Shown here: in pieces, positions 11,236 through 23,789 of the stretch | How the letters are laid out: each line of letters starts with the position of its first letter | Numbering within the stretch: position 1 is the stretch's first letter | From: Octopus bimaculoides | Taxonomy: Eukaryota | Assembly: GCF_001194135.2 (NCBI RefSeq) | Contig: NC_068981.1 | Span: 104,975,303 to 105,039,286 of the forward strand | Direction of reading: 5' to 3' | DNA: 63,984 nt | The notes under the pieces: generated by a model | Seen by the model: the letters and a program-made list of their open reading frames with translations, nothing else | Told to the model about the DNA's origin: nothing | Database searches by the model: none | Made by a program: the position numbers and the translations under genes

Positions 11236-11601
11236 TCATAAACTTTTCAGTTATTTTATTAATCGCTTGGTTTTTATTCATTGTTTCTTACTCACATTTA
11301 GTCTTCAAAACTTTGTGGCAGTCTGATTGGAAAACGTCGGCCTGTACCCATACATACATACATGCATACATACATACATACATACATACATACATACATA
11401 CAAATACAGACATGCACACAAATACAGACTTACAGACATACACGCGGGCAGACAGAGTAAAATAGAATTATATAGACTTACTATTATAGAAGCCATAATG
11501 GCTGAACGAAATATCCAGTATGATGACGTCGGGTGAGTATTCCAGCAGCTGCAAATACATTGAGTATATAGATACAAATATACATGTGTATGTATTTGCG
11601 C

Positions 11602-11641
<40 letters not shown>

Positions 11642-11674
11642 TAGATAGATNNNNNNNNNNGTGTGTGTGTGTGT

Positions 11675-11746
<72 letters not shown>

Positions 11747-12449
11747 CATGCAAACATATAGAGTTACATATATACATATACATGATATGTATACGATGAA
11801 CACGCACAGAAACACAAACACACACAGACACACACACACATTCTAATTCCAATGGCATCACGCTTGATACTTGAAGTATTAAAGGAATTTGAATCAAACT
11901 GTTTGATCCATATATATATATATGTATGTATGTAATGTATGTATACATATATATATATATNNNNNNNNNNNNNNNNNNNNNNNNNNNNNNNNNNNNNNNN
12001 NNNNNNNNNNNNNNNNNNNNNNNNNNNNNNNNNNNNNNNNNNNNNNNNNNNNNNNNNNNNNNNNNNNNNNNNNNNNNNNNNNNNNNNNNNNNNNNNNNNN
12101 NNNNNNNNNNNNNNNNNNNNNNNNNNNNNNNNNNNNNNNNNNNNNNNNNNNNNNNNNNNNNNNNNNNNNNNNNNNNNNNNNNNNNNNNNNNNNNNNNNNN
12201 NNNNNNNNNNNNNNNNNNNNNNNNNNNNNNNNNNNNNNNNNNNNNNNNNNNNNNNNNNNNNNNNNNNNNNNNNNNNNNNNNNNNNNNNNNNNNNNNNNNN
12301 NNNNNNNNNNNNNNNNNNNNNNNNNNNNNNNNNNNNNNNNNNNNNNNNNNNNNNNNNNNNNNNNNNNNNNNNNNNNNNNNNNNNNNNNNNNNNNNNNNNN
12401 NNNNNNNNNNNNNNNNNNNNNNNNNNNNNNNNNNNATATTTACGGTCGA

Positions 12450-13690
12450 TTCTCTTGTGAACGACAAATGAGAGTTCAGTAAAATAAACCATTGATTATG
12501 TTCTATATGGACATGAATGTGTCTCTTGAGGTCTGCTGGATCATTGCAAACTTTTTGGCAAATGGAATAAGTTGAGGACCCAGTTCGCTTGAGTGCTTCT
12601 GGATTATTTACTACGTATTTTCTTGAGTTGACGGCTAGGACTGCTTTGCTTCATGTCACAAAACCACAATGACAGGTAAGGTTTCTATTTAGAGGAGCAG
12701 TGTTTTGCCAGCGTGCTTTCATGCTTGCACAAAGTTGGTCTCGGGGCTGGAGTCGATTTTACTCAAATTTTTCAACTCAAGAGAAGCAGGGCTGGCGCCA
12801 AGTCCTGTGTTCTGATGCTTTGTTTTCCCAGGAAGAAAAGGGAATGTTGCATCATTTCAAATTGTCTTTTAGTTTGTCTTTGAAACGCAAGAGTGGCCTT
12901 CCAACCGACCTTCCTGTTAGGAATTAGCCAAAGAGAAGTTGCTTCGGAATTCTGATTGCACTCACACGTGAGATAACCTGACCATCTAAGCTGTATTTTG
13001 ATGAGGATGACTTCAATACCTGATATGTTGCATTTTTTAAGTACCTCACTGTTATGAATATAGTCACTCGGTTTTATGCTGGAGATAGTACGCAAGCATC
13101 GCATATGGAAAGTGTCAAATTGATTGATGTGCTTTCCCACCAAGATTCAGCACCATAAAGCAATGTTGCCAAGACCACCGACTTATATACATCAACTTTC
13201 ACCTTCAACAATACATCGTGGCTGTTCCATAGTCTGTGATAAAGCTTACCCAAAACGGAACTAGCCTTCCCAATTCTGGAATCGATTTCCTTATCCATCT
13301 TCGCATCATTGGATACAATGGAACCAAAATAAGTAAATGAGGAAACAGTTCTTAATGCTTTCCCATCAACATATACAGTAGGGTCAACAGCGGGAAGACG
13401 GTCACGAATGGACTGATAAACAAGCTCAGTTTTCTTGATGTTGACGGTCAGACTAAAAGCCTTCGATGTACACGAGAAGTTGTGTAGAATCCAATGCATC
13501 TCCTCAAGAGTGTGTGCTACAATCGTCTGCGAAGAGCAAATCTCGAATTGTTTGTACCAAAGTCTTAGCTTTTGCTTTGAAGCGCTGTTGGTTGAACAAG
13601 CCACTACCAGTTCTGTACTCAAAATTTACACCTTCTGTAACATCCTCGAACGTTGTTTCCAACATGACGAAGAAATACAAAGCAAATAAG
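12450..13690 (-). mobile_element. 5'-truncated RTE-clade LINE (RT C-terminal half)
   Basis: RDLLFADD; TVNIKKTE; FTYFGSIVS; EIDSRIGKASS; VVLATLLYGAESW; FHMRCLRTI; QLRWSGYL. Confidence 0.93.
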
Positions 13691-13921
13691 ATATATATAT
13701 ATATATATATATACGACCATTAGTGCAGCAGGTACCTCTGAGTTCATATAAGAGTTATTAATATATAGTTAATTCCCCTAAGAATGTAATTTTACGTTCA
13801 GCACTATACAAGTTATTCACCACTCCGATGAATAATATTTAATCCAGTTGCTGAAAAGATCGTCGTTTTTGTATGTTTGCCGTTCCGGTCAACTTTGAAT
13901 TGAGCCTTATATGACCAATTG

Positions 13922-14143
13922 CTAATAGGCATATTCACAGCCTTCAAGGATTCTGTCTTTTCGATCCACCTGATGAACAAGTCGGCACCAAATTAAATAA
14001 GTGGAGGAGGTTGTACGAATCATATTTCCTTTAACATGACAAACCTGTTCACTGACGTTCTTATAGGCATCTACTACTACAACTAGCAGCAAGAGAAGGA
14101 CTCCGAAAAGTGAGGACATCATAATTTCTTCTCCATTACTGCT
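13922..14143 (-). CDS. Candidate coding exon or small ORF with a signal-peptide-like N-terminus
   Basis: TTTATTTCAGCAG acceptor, then MMSSLFGVLLLLLVVVVDA-YKNVSEQ, with a possible phase-0 donor CAG|GTTTGT at 14045/14044; non-repetitive context. Confidence 0.3.
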   Translation of the reverse strand, partial: SSNGEEIMMSSLFGVLLLLLVVVVDAYKNVSEQVCHVKGNMIRTTSSTYLIWCRLVHQVDRKDRILEGCEYAY

Positions 14144-14589
14144 GAAATAAAGTTTAAGGACACAAAGACGTTGAAACTTATCGTCAATAGTGTGGAGGGG
14201 AAAGATACACGACAGTGTCCTTCAAAATGTGAACCAGTGTCTCATAAACACATTAATGAGGAAGTGGTGCAGCAGATATGACGCAGGCGTGTTAATCATA
14301 TAAAACGAAATAGAACAGTAATATATCAGAACGTCAAATGACAGACTTTTAGTAATAGTAGCAGCGAAATGTTTTCACATACTGAAGCAAGAACATCGAA
14401 AAGGCATCAGTCGTTTCATATCGCATCTCGTGTAATGGATATCGACGGTAACCCTTTGGAGTACCATACTAAGGATGATAACAGGCGGGGGAAAACAAAG
14501 TGCGCTCTAACCCAACCTAGCCTGTGGGTCTCACTCGCTGTATGGGTGGAACTACCATAAATGTACATTTCTGAATGTAGTTTTAAATA

Positions 14590-14745
14590 ATTCTTTCTAC
14601 TATAGGCACAAGGCCTAAAATTTGGGGAGAAGGCGCTAGTCTACTACATTGACCTCACTATCCAACTGGTACTTATTCTACTGACCCCGAGGAGCTGAAA
14701 GGAAAAAGTCGACCTCGATGGTATTTGAACTCAGATCATGGAGAG
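14590..14745 (-). mobile_element. SINE family B
   Basis: GAGTTCAAATACC.TCGAGGTCGACTTT and GGCCTTGTGCCTATAGTAGAAAG tail. Confidence 0.85.
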
Positions 14746-14759
14746 TCAAAAGAATTAAG

Positions 14760-15943
14760 ATAAACAAAGCTCTTTTTTAGCCTAAAATATACTCTCCTAC
14801 ATTTTCTACAATGCTCTTCCATCTATCTGGTAGAATTGCAAGGCCCCTCTTCCAAAATTCACTTGTCCGTGACAAAAAAATACTCCTCCACTACTGTTCT
14901 GACCTTGTCTACAGAATTCATATTTTTTCCCTCCAAATGATCTTGAAGACTGCAGAATAAATGATAATCAGATGGGGCAATGTCCGGCAAATATGGTGGG
15001 TGGGACATCGTTTCCCATTCAAACTGCTCCAGCCTTTGGATTGTCATTCTCGCTGTATGTGGCCGAGCATTATCCTGATGGAAAAACACCTTTCGTTTTG
15101 AAATCAAAGATGGTCGTTTTTCTTCTAGCGCTGACTTAAGCCGCTCGAGCTGCTCACAGTAGATCTCCTTTGTTATCGTTCGGTTTGGGTTTAAAAGCTC
15201 AAAGTGGACTAAACCTTTCATATCCCATCAAACAGATAACATCACCTTACGAGAGTGAAGACCTTCTTTAGCCTGGGGTGCCGATGTTTCTCCTCTCCTT
15301 ACCCACTGTCTTCGACGCTTGACATTTTCATAGAGACCCATTTCTCGTCACCAGTCACTATTCGGTCCAAAAAAAGGTTCATTCGTGAGACGTGACAGCA
15401 AAGAGCACACATTCACTCTCTGCGTGCGATTAGACACAGTTTGTGAGGAACCCATTGACCCAATTTGCTGACTTTTCTGATGGCACGCAGGTATCAATGA
15501 ATGGTTGAATGACCAAATCCAAGCTTCTCTGCTAGTTCCTCGGACGTCCTCGTCGGGCTCTACTGATCTTCCAGGACGACGCCCGCCTTCTAGGCTGTAG
15601 TTTCTGGTTCGGAATTTCTGGAACCACCATTGACACTGGCTTACGTTTATTGTCAGATCCCCATATACTACATTGATATTCCTCGCACTTTCCGTTTTGT
15701 TGTTGCCTTAATTGAACTCATAAAGCAAAATATGCTGAATATTCTCCTTTATCACTTTCATTATAGCTTTGAAAAATAACTATTAAAATCGAACTGCACT
15801 GTTCAAAACTTACACTAAGAATAAGCGCAAGGTAAAATTACTACCTGCTTTTATAGCAAGTTGATGCAGATAGTTTATCCCGTCCCCCTCCAGCTTTTAG
15901 TTCATGCAATTAAAAAAACCGCATTATTTATGGGATGACTCAA
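14760..15943 (-). mobile_element. Mariner (DD34D-type) transposon, near full length and decayed; 3' TIR not found
   Basis: GQWVPH; VTGDEKW; FHQDNARPH; HPPYLPDIAPSDYHLF; 5' TIR-like GTCATCCCATAAATAATGCGG at ~15918-15940. Confidence 0.93.
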
Positions 15944-16849
15944 TGTGAAAACGCCTTCGGTGTCTCAATAAAAAAATTAGCAGAACTATTAGAGGATTGG
16001 AAAACATGTATGCCTTGCAATATTAACAGCATTTGTTCTGGCTTTTTATGTTCTAAGTTCAAATCGCACCAAGGTCTACTTTGATTTTCATCTATTCGAT
16101 AAATAAAAGTGCAATTTTTGGTACTTCATTAGTGCTGATCAGCAATGGCATCAATTTAATCTGCTAACCATTTCCCACCAAAGTTCCTATCCTTGTAGCA
16201 AAGCCTTATGGTTATAAAACAATTATTAAGTAGTCGTTGCTAATATTAGTGATGATGAGTGGGAGAAAGAAGAGTATGCTCTAAAAATCAATGTTCTGTA
16301 AATGACGAAATATTAGCATTAACGTCACAGAAAAGTTTTTTTTTAAATTACGAGTGAAAGATAGGGAAGAATAAAAAAAAATGACAATGAACAAAGTAAA
16401 GAAAAACAAAAGAACTTACAAATAATTTTCATACACGATTCTGACAATAATCCATGGAACCAGAAAGAAAAACGGGGAAACTGTGAACATAAATGATTAT
16501 TAATTAGAAAAATGTATCATTTATTGATATGGAAAGATTCATTCATTCACAGATGTAACACTGCATGACAAACTGCCGCTGCTTGCTTTTTTAGTATGTT
16601 TGAGAAAGTTTGTATTTATACGAGTACGCCGTATCTAACGATTGATAGAGCGACATTCAATGGACAAGCAAGCAGCAAACAAGAAAACCTCAAAACGCAT
16701 GCCTGACCTACTTGACGAGGCAACTAAATCTCCCTCAAAGTTTAATTGAATGCGGTGAAAAGGAACAACACATCGGATAATATGGTAATAAATATGCTAA
16801 ATCTGAAACGTAGAATACAATGAAAAGTGGGATAGTAATGACTAAAGCA

Positions 16850-17000
16850 CATTTGATTATGGAACTCCAGCTGTCTGTAACATCATTGGCAGAAAAGAAG
16901 TTTATAATAGTAAAAGCTTGTTGATGTGTGATAGTTCGGGATTCAAGGAATCTCATTGTTTGTGTAACCCAATAAACAATGTCGACACAAAGAAAAAGGA
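16850..17000. repeat. Left arm of an inverted repeat; partner at 18404-18560
   Basis: Reverse complement aligns with few mismatches (TTTTCTTTGTGTCG...ATTCCTTGAATCCCGAAC...GATGTTACAGACA.CTGGAGTTCCATA). Confidence 0.9.
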
Positions 17001-17107
17001 AAAATCTGAATTCAGGATTTCAAGTTCACGAAACGCTCGTTAATTATGAGGTTCTCCAACTACTTTCAACCTGTATTATAATGCATAATATGTGTGCGCG
17101 CACAAAC

Positions 17108-17163
<56 letters not shown>

Positions 17164-17219
17164 GTGTGTATATCAAAACGGCTCCGGAACCAGGTGCATG
17201 CGTTCCTCATTTTTAATTT

Positions 17220-17400
17220 TTTACGTTTCATACATTGGACTGCGGTCATGCTAGGGCGCTACCTTGAAGGGTTTAAGCAAACAAACCCATCCCAGTACTT
17301 ATATTTAAATCTGGTACATATTCTATTGGTCTTTTGATGAACTACCATGTTACGGGAACGTAAGTAAAATAACACTGGTTTTCAAACTCTGTTAATGTAT
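17220..17400 (-). mobile_element. SINE family A tail fragment
   Basis: CCAGCATGACCGCAGTC / GAATATGTACCAG blocks. Confidence 0.7.
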
Positions 17401-17444
17401 AAATATCTATACTTGAATATTCATCTTCTGAAAATTGTGCTTTC

Positions 17445-17800
17445 TTTCTATTTACATGTAAAGGGTAAAGACCGCTTTCGGTCATGAATGACCATAGGAT
17501 TGCATGACCATAGAAAGTTCCCCTACGAGGCACAAGTCGGGGGAAGATTGCTTATGGAAAACCAGCAATCGCCCATGCAAACCAGCTTCCCCAATCCATC
17601 GATGTCATCCACGTGGAAAGCAAAGGCCGATACTGCTTGGCACCAGTCACGTTGCAACTCTATTCTACAGCTAAGTGAACTGGAGCAACGTGAAATAAGG
17701 TGTCTTGCTCACGAACACAACACACGACTCGGTCCAGGAATCGAGCTCATTATCTTATGATTGTGAGCCAGACGCTTTAACCACTGAGCCATGTGCCTTC
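17445..17800 (-). mobile_element. tRNA-type SINE family C
   Basis: GGCTCAGTGGTTAAAGCG A-box-like, TCGATTCCTGG B-box-like, TTTCACGTTGCTCCAGTTCACT core. Confidence 0.85.
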
Positions 17801-17873
17801 ACATATTTACATGTGTACATGTACATATATCTTGTATATCAAACCAAGCAGTTTCATTAATTTTCATCATTCG

Positions 17874-17944
<71 letters not shown>

Positions 17945-17945
17945 C

Positions 17946-17978
<33 letters not shown>

Positions 17979-17994
17979 TGCATGCTTATATATA

Positions 17995-18160
17995 TACAGC
18001 CGGTTTCCACACGGTTTCCGTCTATCAAATTCACTCGCAAGCCATTGGTCGATTAAGAGTTATAGGAGAAGACACTTACCCAAGGTGCTGCGCAGTGGAA
18101 CTGAATCCGAAACTATGTAGTTGGGAAGCAATGTTTCTTAACCACACACCTATGCCTGCA
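17995..18160 (-). mobile_element. SINE family A head
   Basis: GTGTGGTTAAGAA...TTCGGATTCAGTTCCACTGCG...CCTTGGGTAAGTGTCTTCT. Confidence 0.85.
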
Positions 18161-18403
18161 CCTTTCTTCAGTGATCTCTCATAGCGGTCATGCACATTAG
18201 CTTCTTAACCCTGCTGCCTTAATCGAATGCTTCTGTCCATCAATATTTTGAATTTTCCTGTTGATCCAATCTCACCTGTTTTGTTATTAAGACAGGGTAT
18301 TCACTTTGTTCATTGTCCGTCCCAGTCTCACCCACTTAACAGCATCACACCAGTCACATCTTTCAACTACTGAGTGTTTTTTGTCACTTCAATAACTCTG
18401 CTA

Positions 18404-18560
18404 TTTTCTTTGTGTCGCCATTATTTATTGGGGTACACAAACAATGAAATTCCTTGAATCCCGAACCATCACAAGTCAGCAAGCTTTTACTATCATAAAC
18501 TTCTTTCCTACCAATGATGTTACAGACATCTGGAGTTCCATAGTAATAATATACAATCAA
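18404..18560. repeat. Right arm of the inverted repeat with 16850-17000
   Basis: See left arm. Confidence 0.9.
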
Positions 18561-18826
18561 ATGATTGTGAAACTTGATGGGAGACTAAATCCTTTTGTGG
18601 GACTGTAACGCCAGGTCGCAGTTGAGCAACGAAAATTTGACAGCCCATGAAATATATTTAAAGAAAGTTTAACGGTTTGGTCTGCTGCTAAATTGCTTGA
18701 ATGAGCTTTCCACGATGTAATTACATCAGTTTCAACTCACCGCTTCAGGCGATTAAATCACTTGCTCGACTAAAACTCCGAAAAATTTGTGAGCTTGTAT
18801 GAGAGTGTGCTTTGTTTGTAAGTGTA

Positions 18827-18928
<102 letters not shown>

Positions 18929-20264
18929 GCGCGTGCTTAGTATTATTAGGAAAGGATCGTAGCATGAGATAGGTTTGACTGAAAATGAAAATGTTAATTT
19001 GAAGTATGCAGAATTCAGGGATTGGAACGGATACAAAACACACACAAGCCTCAACAGAATAACAAGGACAAGCAGGATATCGAGATCAGTGAAATATTCC
19101 AGACTGAAACGGAAGGGAGTACGACAAAAGCTCCCTTCTTGAGGAACGATATGGTAGCGTAAAATACTTTCAGTCATCTGTCAAAATAGCAACTGCACTA
19201 AATACTTTGCAGTATTTAGTTGTGTGTCTTTGGGTTCCAATCGATTTTCCTTTCACAAGCCGAGTGATAGACTAGTATCGATTCAATTTTCTACATATCC
19301 CTTTTAAAATGTAAGTTCTTGTGTCAACATTAAAAAGATAGTCAGTATTAATACTGAAGGCAGTCAAATGTGAGAAAGAGTCGAATGTGGTAATAAGTTT
19401 CCAATACTGCTAGGAGCTACTTTGTTTTTCATTCACCAAGAATGTATAAAAAATAACGATCATATAACAATTGACTGTGTAATTTCGCTACATTCATGTT
19501 ATTTCAATAAGCAGCGGTGGATGACAGAAATGGTAGAGGACCGGACGTAATACACTGCAATATGTAGCTAAGTCCTTTTCAAATATCACTTTTTGTGTTT
19601 CGTGTTTTGACGTTCCATAAAATAAATACCAAATGAGGTACTGATGTTAATTTAATTGACTGTTCCTCTTCTCTAAGTTATTTTGGCTATTTTGAAATAA
19701 TTATTTTCATAGGTTGGGCTACACTTTTGAAAAAAGAGAGATTGGGAGTTTTGATGAGGCAAGTAGCAAGGTCCAGAGTGTATGGCTGATTTGAAATGAC
19801 AGGAAAAGCTGGTCGAGCAGGCTTATGATCAATAATACACAAGGTATCACTATATTTTCTTTTTTAGACACCAGTAGTGGTTGAGAAATACTTGTTGCCT
19901 CACTCCTTGGCAATTTTACAGGCGTTGTTGGGGATGCTGAGGAAATGAAGAAGGCAAGTTTAAAGGGGTCTTGTTGTATGTTAGAAATCATTGCTTCAAC
20001 AAAGAAATGTGTTCATCCATCAATAGTTTACCTTTAACGGTGCATTCTTCATCTGCAATCAACAAAAGTTAATGAAAGCTAACGAAACCTACTAAAGAAC
20101 TGCACTACTTTATTGGAGCTAATTATTCCGATCTGTACCTAAATTGACTGAGCAGGTAATTAAATGTAAAGTTTCTGCAATAATGAATCTGCTGTTGCTT
20201 CATAGGACGGTTGTAAAATATGAGTGAGAGCGCATGTTTATTTAAATCAGAGAGAGAGAGAGAG

Positions 20265-20354
<90 letters not shown>

Positions 20355-20966
20355 TGTGTGCGTGTGTATGTGTGCATGGTAGCTGAATCTTTACAAAAGC
20401 AATAGCCTCAAGTACGACACCTGTCATGTGCGATATCAGTCAACTGTACAGATACTCAAATAAAAGCAATCTTGAAAATAGTTTGTTATACTCGAAAGTT
20501 TTAATTAAAAACGATAAAATTGTAATGTATAAAAATCGAATACTATCAAAATTTGTCAAAGTAGTAAATTTTAAAGCGGAGCTTAGAATCGATGTGACGT
20601 TAAATACAGTCGCTTACGATTAGATTTGAATACAAGAGCACTGAGACCAACGTTCTACCATTTACATCATTGCACCTTTCTCTCATAACAGAGAGAAAGA
20701 TTCGCAAGATTCGCAAGATATTTTTTATGATGTTAAATTTACATTATTCCAATGTACTTCAGACTACACATATAAACAGATTCACTCACACACCCTAAAA
20801 AAAGGACGCTTTCGTAGGCGTTATAGAAATACCAATAAAAGTTGCGAAAAAAGAAATTCAGGTCTTATAAGAAAATATACATTCCAACTGTTATTGAGAT
20901 TGAATAGACCCTTCTCCCTTCGATAGAAACAGAATATATGAATACACATACATACACACAAACACA

Positions 20967-21062
<96 letters not shown>

Positions 21063-21074
21063 GATGTATATATA

Positions 21075-22550
21075 TAGTTGAAATTTACAGAAAAACAAAA
21101 AGCGAAGACAGGTGTATAAACAACAAACAGGTGTATTAGTTTGACGCTCGGAAAGGTGAGAATGTCTTTTACGTTTCGAGCCTACGCTCCTCAACAGAAA
21201 GGGGCACGAGGAAATAAACAGAGAGAGAATTAAAAAAAAAACTTGTGGATTTAGTGGTCAATCATGGCGACTGGTTAGAAAAAGGTAGTTGGACAGGAGA
21301 GCGAGGAAGAAGCGTGAAATTAAGTACTGGCGATCCTAGAACAAAGGTGCGTGTATGTGAGAGTGTGTGTGTGCGTGTGGATAGGGCTGGTGACTTTGAC
21401 GTGTGGATATGTGCGTGTGTAAATGCATGCGTCTGTAATGTGTGGGTGTGGATGATGGTGTGGGTGCTTGGAAGTGGTCAGTGCTAGTGTGTGCGGGGTG
21501 ATGTGGGGTGGTTTGATGTGGTGTGGTTTGATTTGGTGTGGTGGTGTGTGATGTGTGGTGTGGGGGTGTGAGGATTTAGGTTGGGGATGTGGGGATTAGG
21601 GATGGGGTTGGGCGAGGGTGTGGTAAGTGGATGTTTGGGTAGAGTGAGTATGTGGGAGTGGGATGTGTGGGGTGGGGTGTGGATGGAGGGGGTATCAATG
21701 AAGTCCTTGCATAAGTCCTTACTGTTTCGGGGAGTTATACTTGAGACAGTTCGATCTGGTTGCCCCTAAAAAAGACTAAGCTAAGAGCATTAGACCTTTT
21801 TGTAAGAAAGCTAGTGAATGTGTACAGCAACAATGACAAAGAACGGAGAACATTGTACACAATTACAAATACAAACAACTGAGAACGAATCAAATTGAGC
21901 TGGCGTGTATTAAGTGAAAGCCTAAAGGCAGGAACATAGAAGATGGACATAAGAGCTGTTGGCAGTCGGCAATCAGGCCAAGAAAGAAAGATCGTGGCTG
22001 GCCGGACACCGGTCACGTAGAAGGAAGAGAGAGGGGTAGGGGGCCGCGGGATTGAAGGATTAGAAAAAAAAAGATAAAGGGAAAGGTAGTGGGGAGATAA
22101 ACGAGAAGAAAAAAGTGGGAGTTAAGGAAAGAAGGGGCCAAGAAATGTGAGAAAGAAAGGGGACCGAGAAAAAGAAAAGAGAAAAAAAGTAGTAGGGTGA
22201 CTAAAAGATAGAGTAAAAGATGTACAAAATTTAGATACATACCTGCTATAAGGTGAGCACAAGTGTATACGTACGCCGTTATATGTATATATAAATATAA
22301 AAACAGAACGGAACAAAAACGCAATAGAGGACAATAAAACATTCGGACAGATAGATGATACAAAGGCGGACAGGAGAAACAAGAATTAGAAGGAAAGGCA
22401 AAAGAAGACGGCTCATTCATGGCCTTCTTTCCTCAGTCAAGTATACCAGAAGTCCTTACTGTTTCGGGCAGTTACACTTGAGACAGTTCGATCTGGTTGC
22501 CCACCAAAAAAGTCTAAGCTAAGAGCATTAGACCTTTTTGTAAGAAAGTA
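21075..22550 (-). mobile_element. Penelope-like element remnant with a duplicated ~100-bp pseudo-LTR segment
   Basis: Direct repeats at 21713-21810 and 22450-22548; hammerhead fold at 21164-21204; terminus shared with 7774-7845; GT-rich decayed interior. Confidence 0.65.
21164..21204 (-). ncRNA. Minimal type I hammerhead-ribozyme fold (variant core)
   Basis: CUUU-CUGUUGA-G-GAGC(GUAG)GCUC-GAAAC-GUA-AAAG. Confidence 0.6.
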
Positions 22551-22738
22551 TGTATGTATGTATGTATGCATGTATGTATTACGTATGTATATGCCTGTAT
22601 GCATGTATGTATATATATAAATTTATGTATGCATGTAACAAGGTATGTACATGAGTATCATGAGTATATATATGTATATATAATATATATATAATATATC
22701 ATAATAACAATCAAACATTAAATTGAAATATATGTATA

Positions 22739-23297
22739 CGAGGTCTGATAAAAAATATCGGGATAATTGCTATGATAACGGAGCTAAAGCAAGCAGAGTG
22801 AACCACTAGGCACAGATTGACTTTGAACTCTATCACACATGCACACAAAGTTATAACGTGCTCTCTCATTTCTGTTGTTTATAGCAGTGTTTGGAAGTAA
22901 AGTGTGTAGAGTGTGGTCGTCTCAAAAAGAAGATCGGATTTCTGTTGCTCGGGGTCTCCTTAACTGTGTCGAGGAGAACGTAAAATCTTTGAAAACGGTC
23001 ATAATATGTGGCGAATCGTAGGTCTGTGGCTAACACCCCGAAACCAAGGCTTGAAAGGAATCCCATTCAAAAGGAACAAGATTTCAAGACGTCGTGGAAA
23101 TCCAAGAGAATGCGACGAGGCAGTTGCCTGCCATCCCCAAAAATGGAGTTCCAGGAATGTTTCCATCAATGGAAATGACACAGGATAAAGTGTGTGACTT
23201 CAGAAGGATTACTTCGAAGGAGATTAAATACCAAATTGATATGTCTTGCAGTTTTCATTTTACAGCACAAGTCCCGATACTTTTTTATCACACCCTG
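22739..23297 (+). mobile_element. Internally deleted mariner with both TIRs
   Basis: TA|CGAGGTCTGATAAAAAATATCGGGA at left; TCCCGATACTTTTTTATCACACCCTG at right; transposase scraps (PETK-like; ...DYFEGD-like C-terminus). Confidence 0.75.
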
Positions 23298-23348
23298 TGT
23301 GTGTGTATGTGTGTGTGTGTGTACGTGCACATATACATACATACGTAC

Positions 23349-23399
<51 letters not shown>

Positions 23400-23789
23400 T
23401 AATGTTTGTGTTTTTGATAAGTTTGCTTTGTTACCCCACAGTTTCTGGTTGGATCCTACTGCTTGGCACTTTCTGTAAGTGTTCTTTGTACTGAAAGTGT
23501 TCGTACTGCAAAGGATTGTGTGCGGATTTAGTAGACAAAAACTGAAAGAAGTCCGTCGTATATATATGTGCGCATGCACTCATGCATGCATGTATGTATC
23601 TATCTATCTATCTATCGATACACACACACACACACACATGCACACACACACACACACGCATGCACACACACATACATGCACACGCACACGCTAAAACCAC
23701 AATGTTTTGAATGAAGCCCATCGTGTCTATAATGACAATAAGCAATCAGTTTAGAGTTGCTGTGGCAGCTGGACACAGAGTTATTTATG

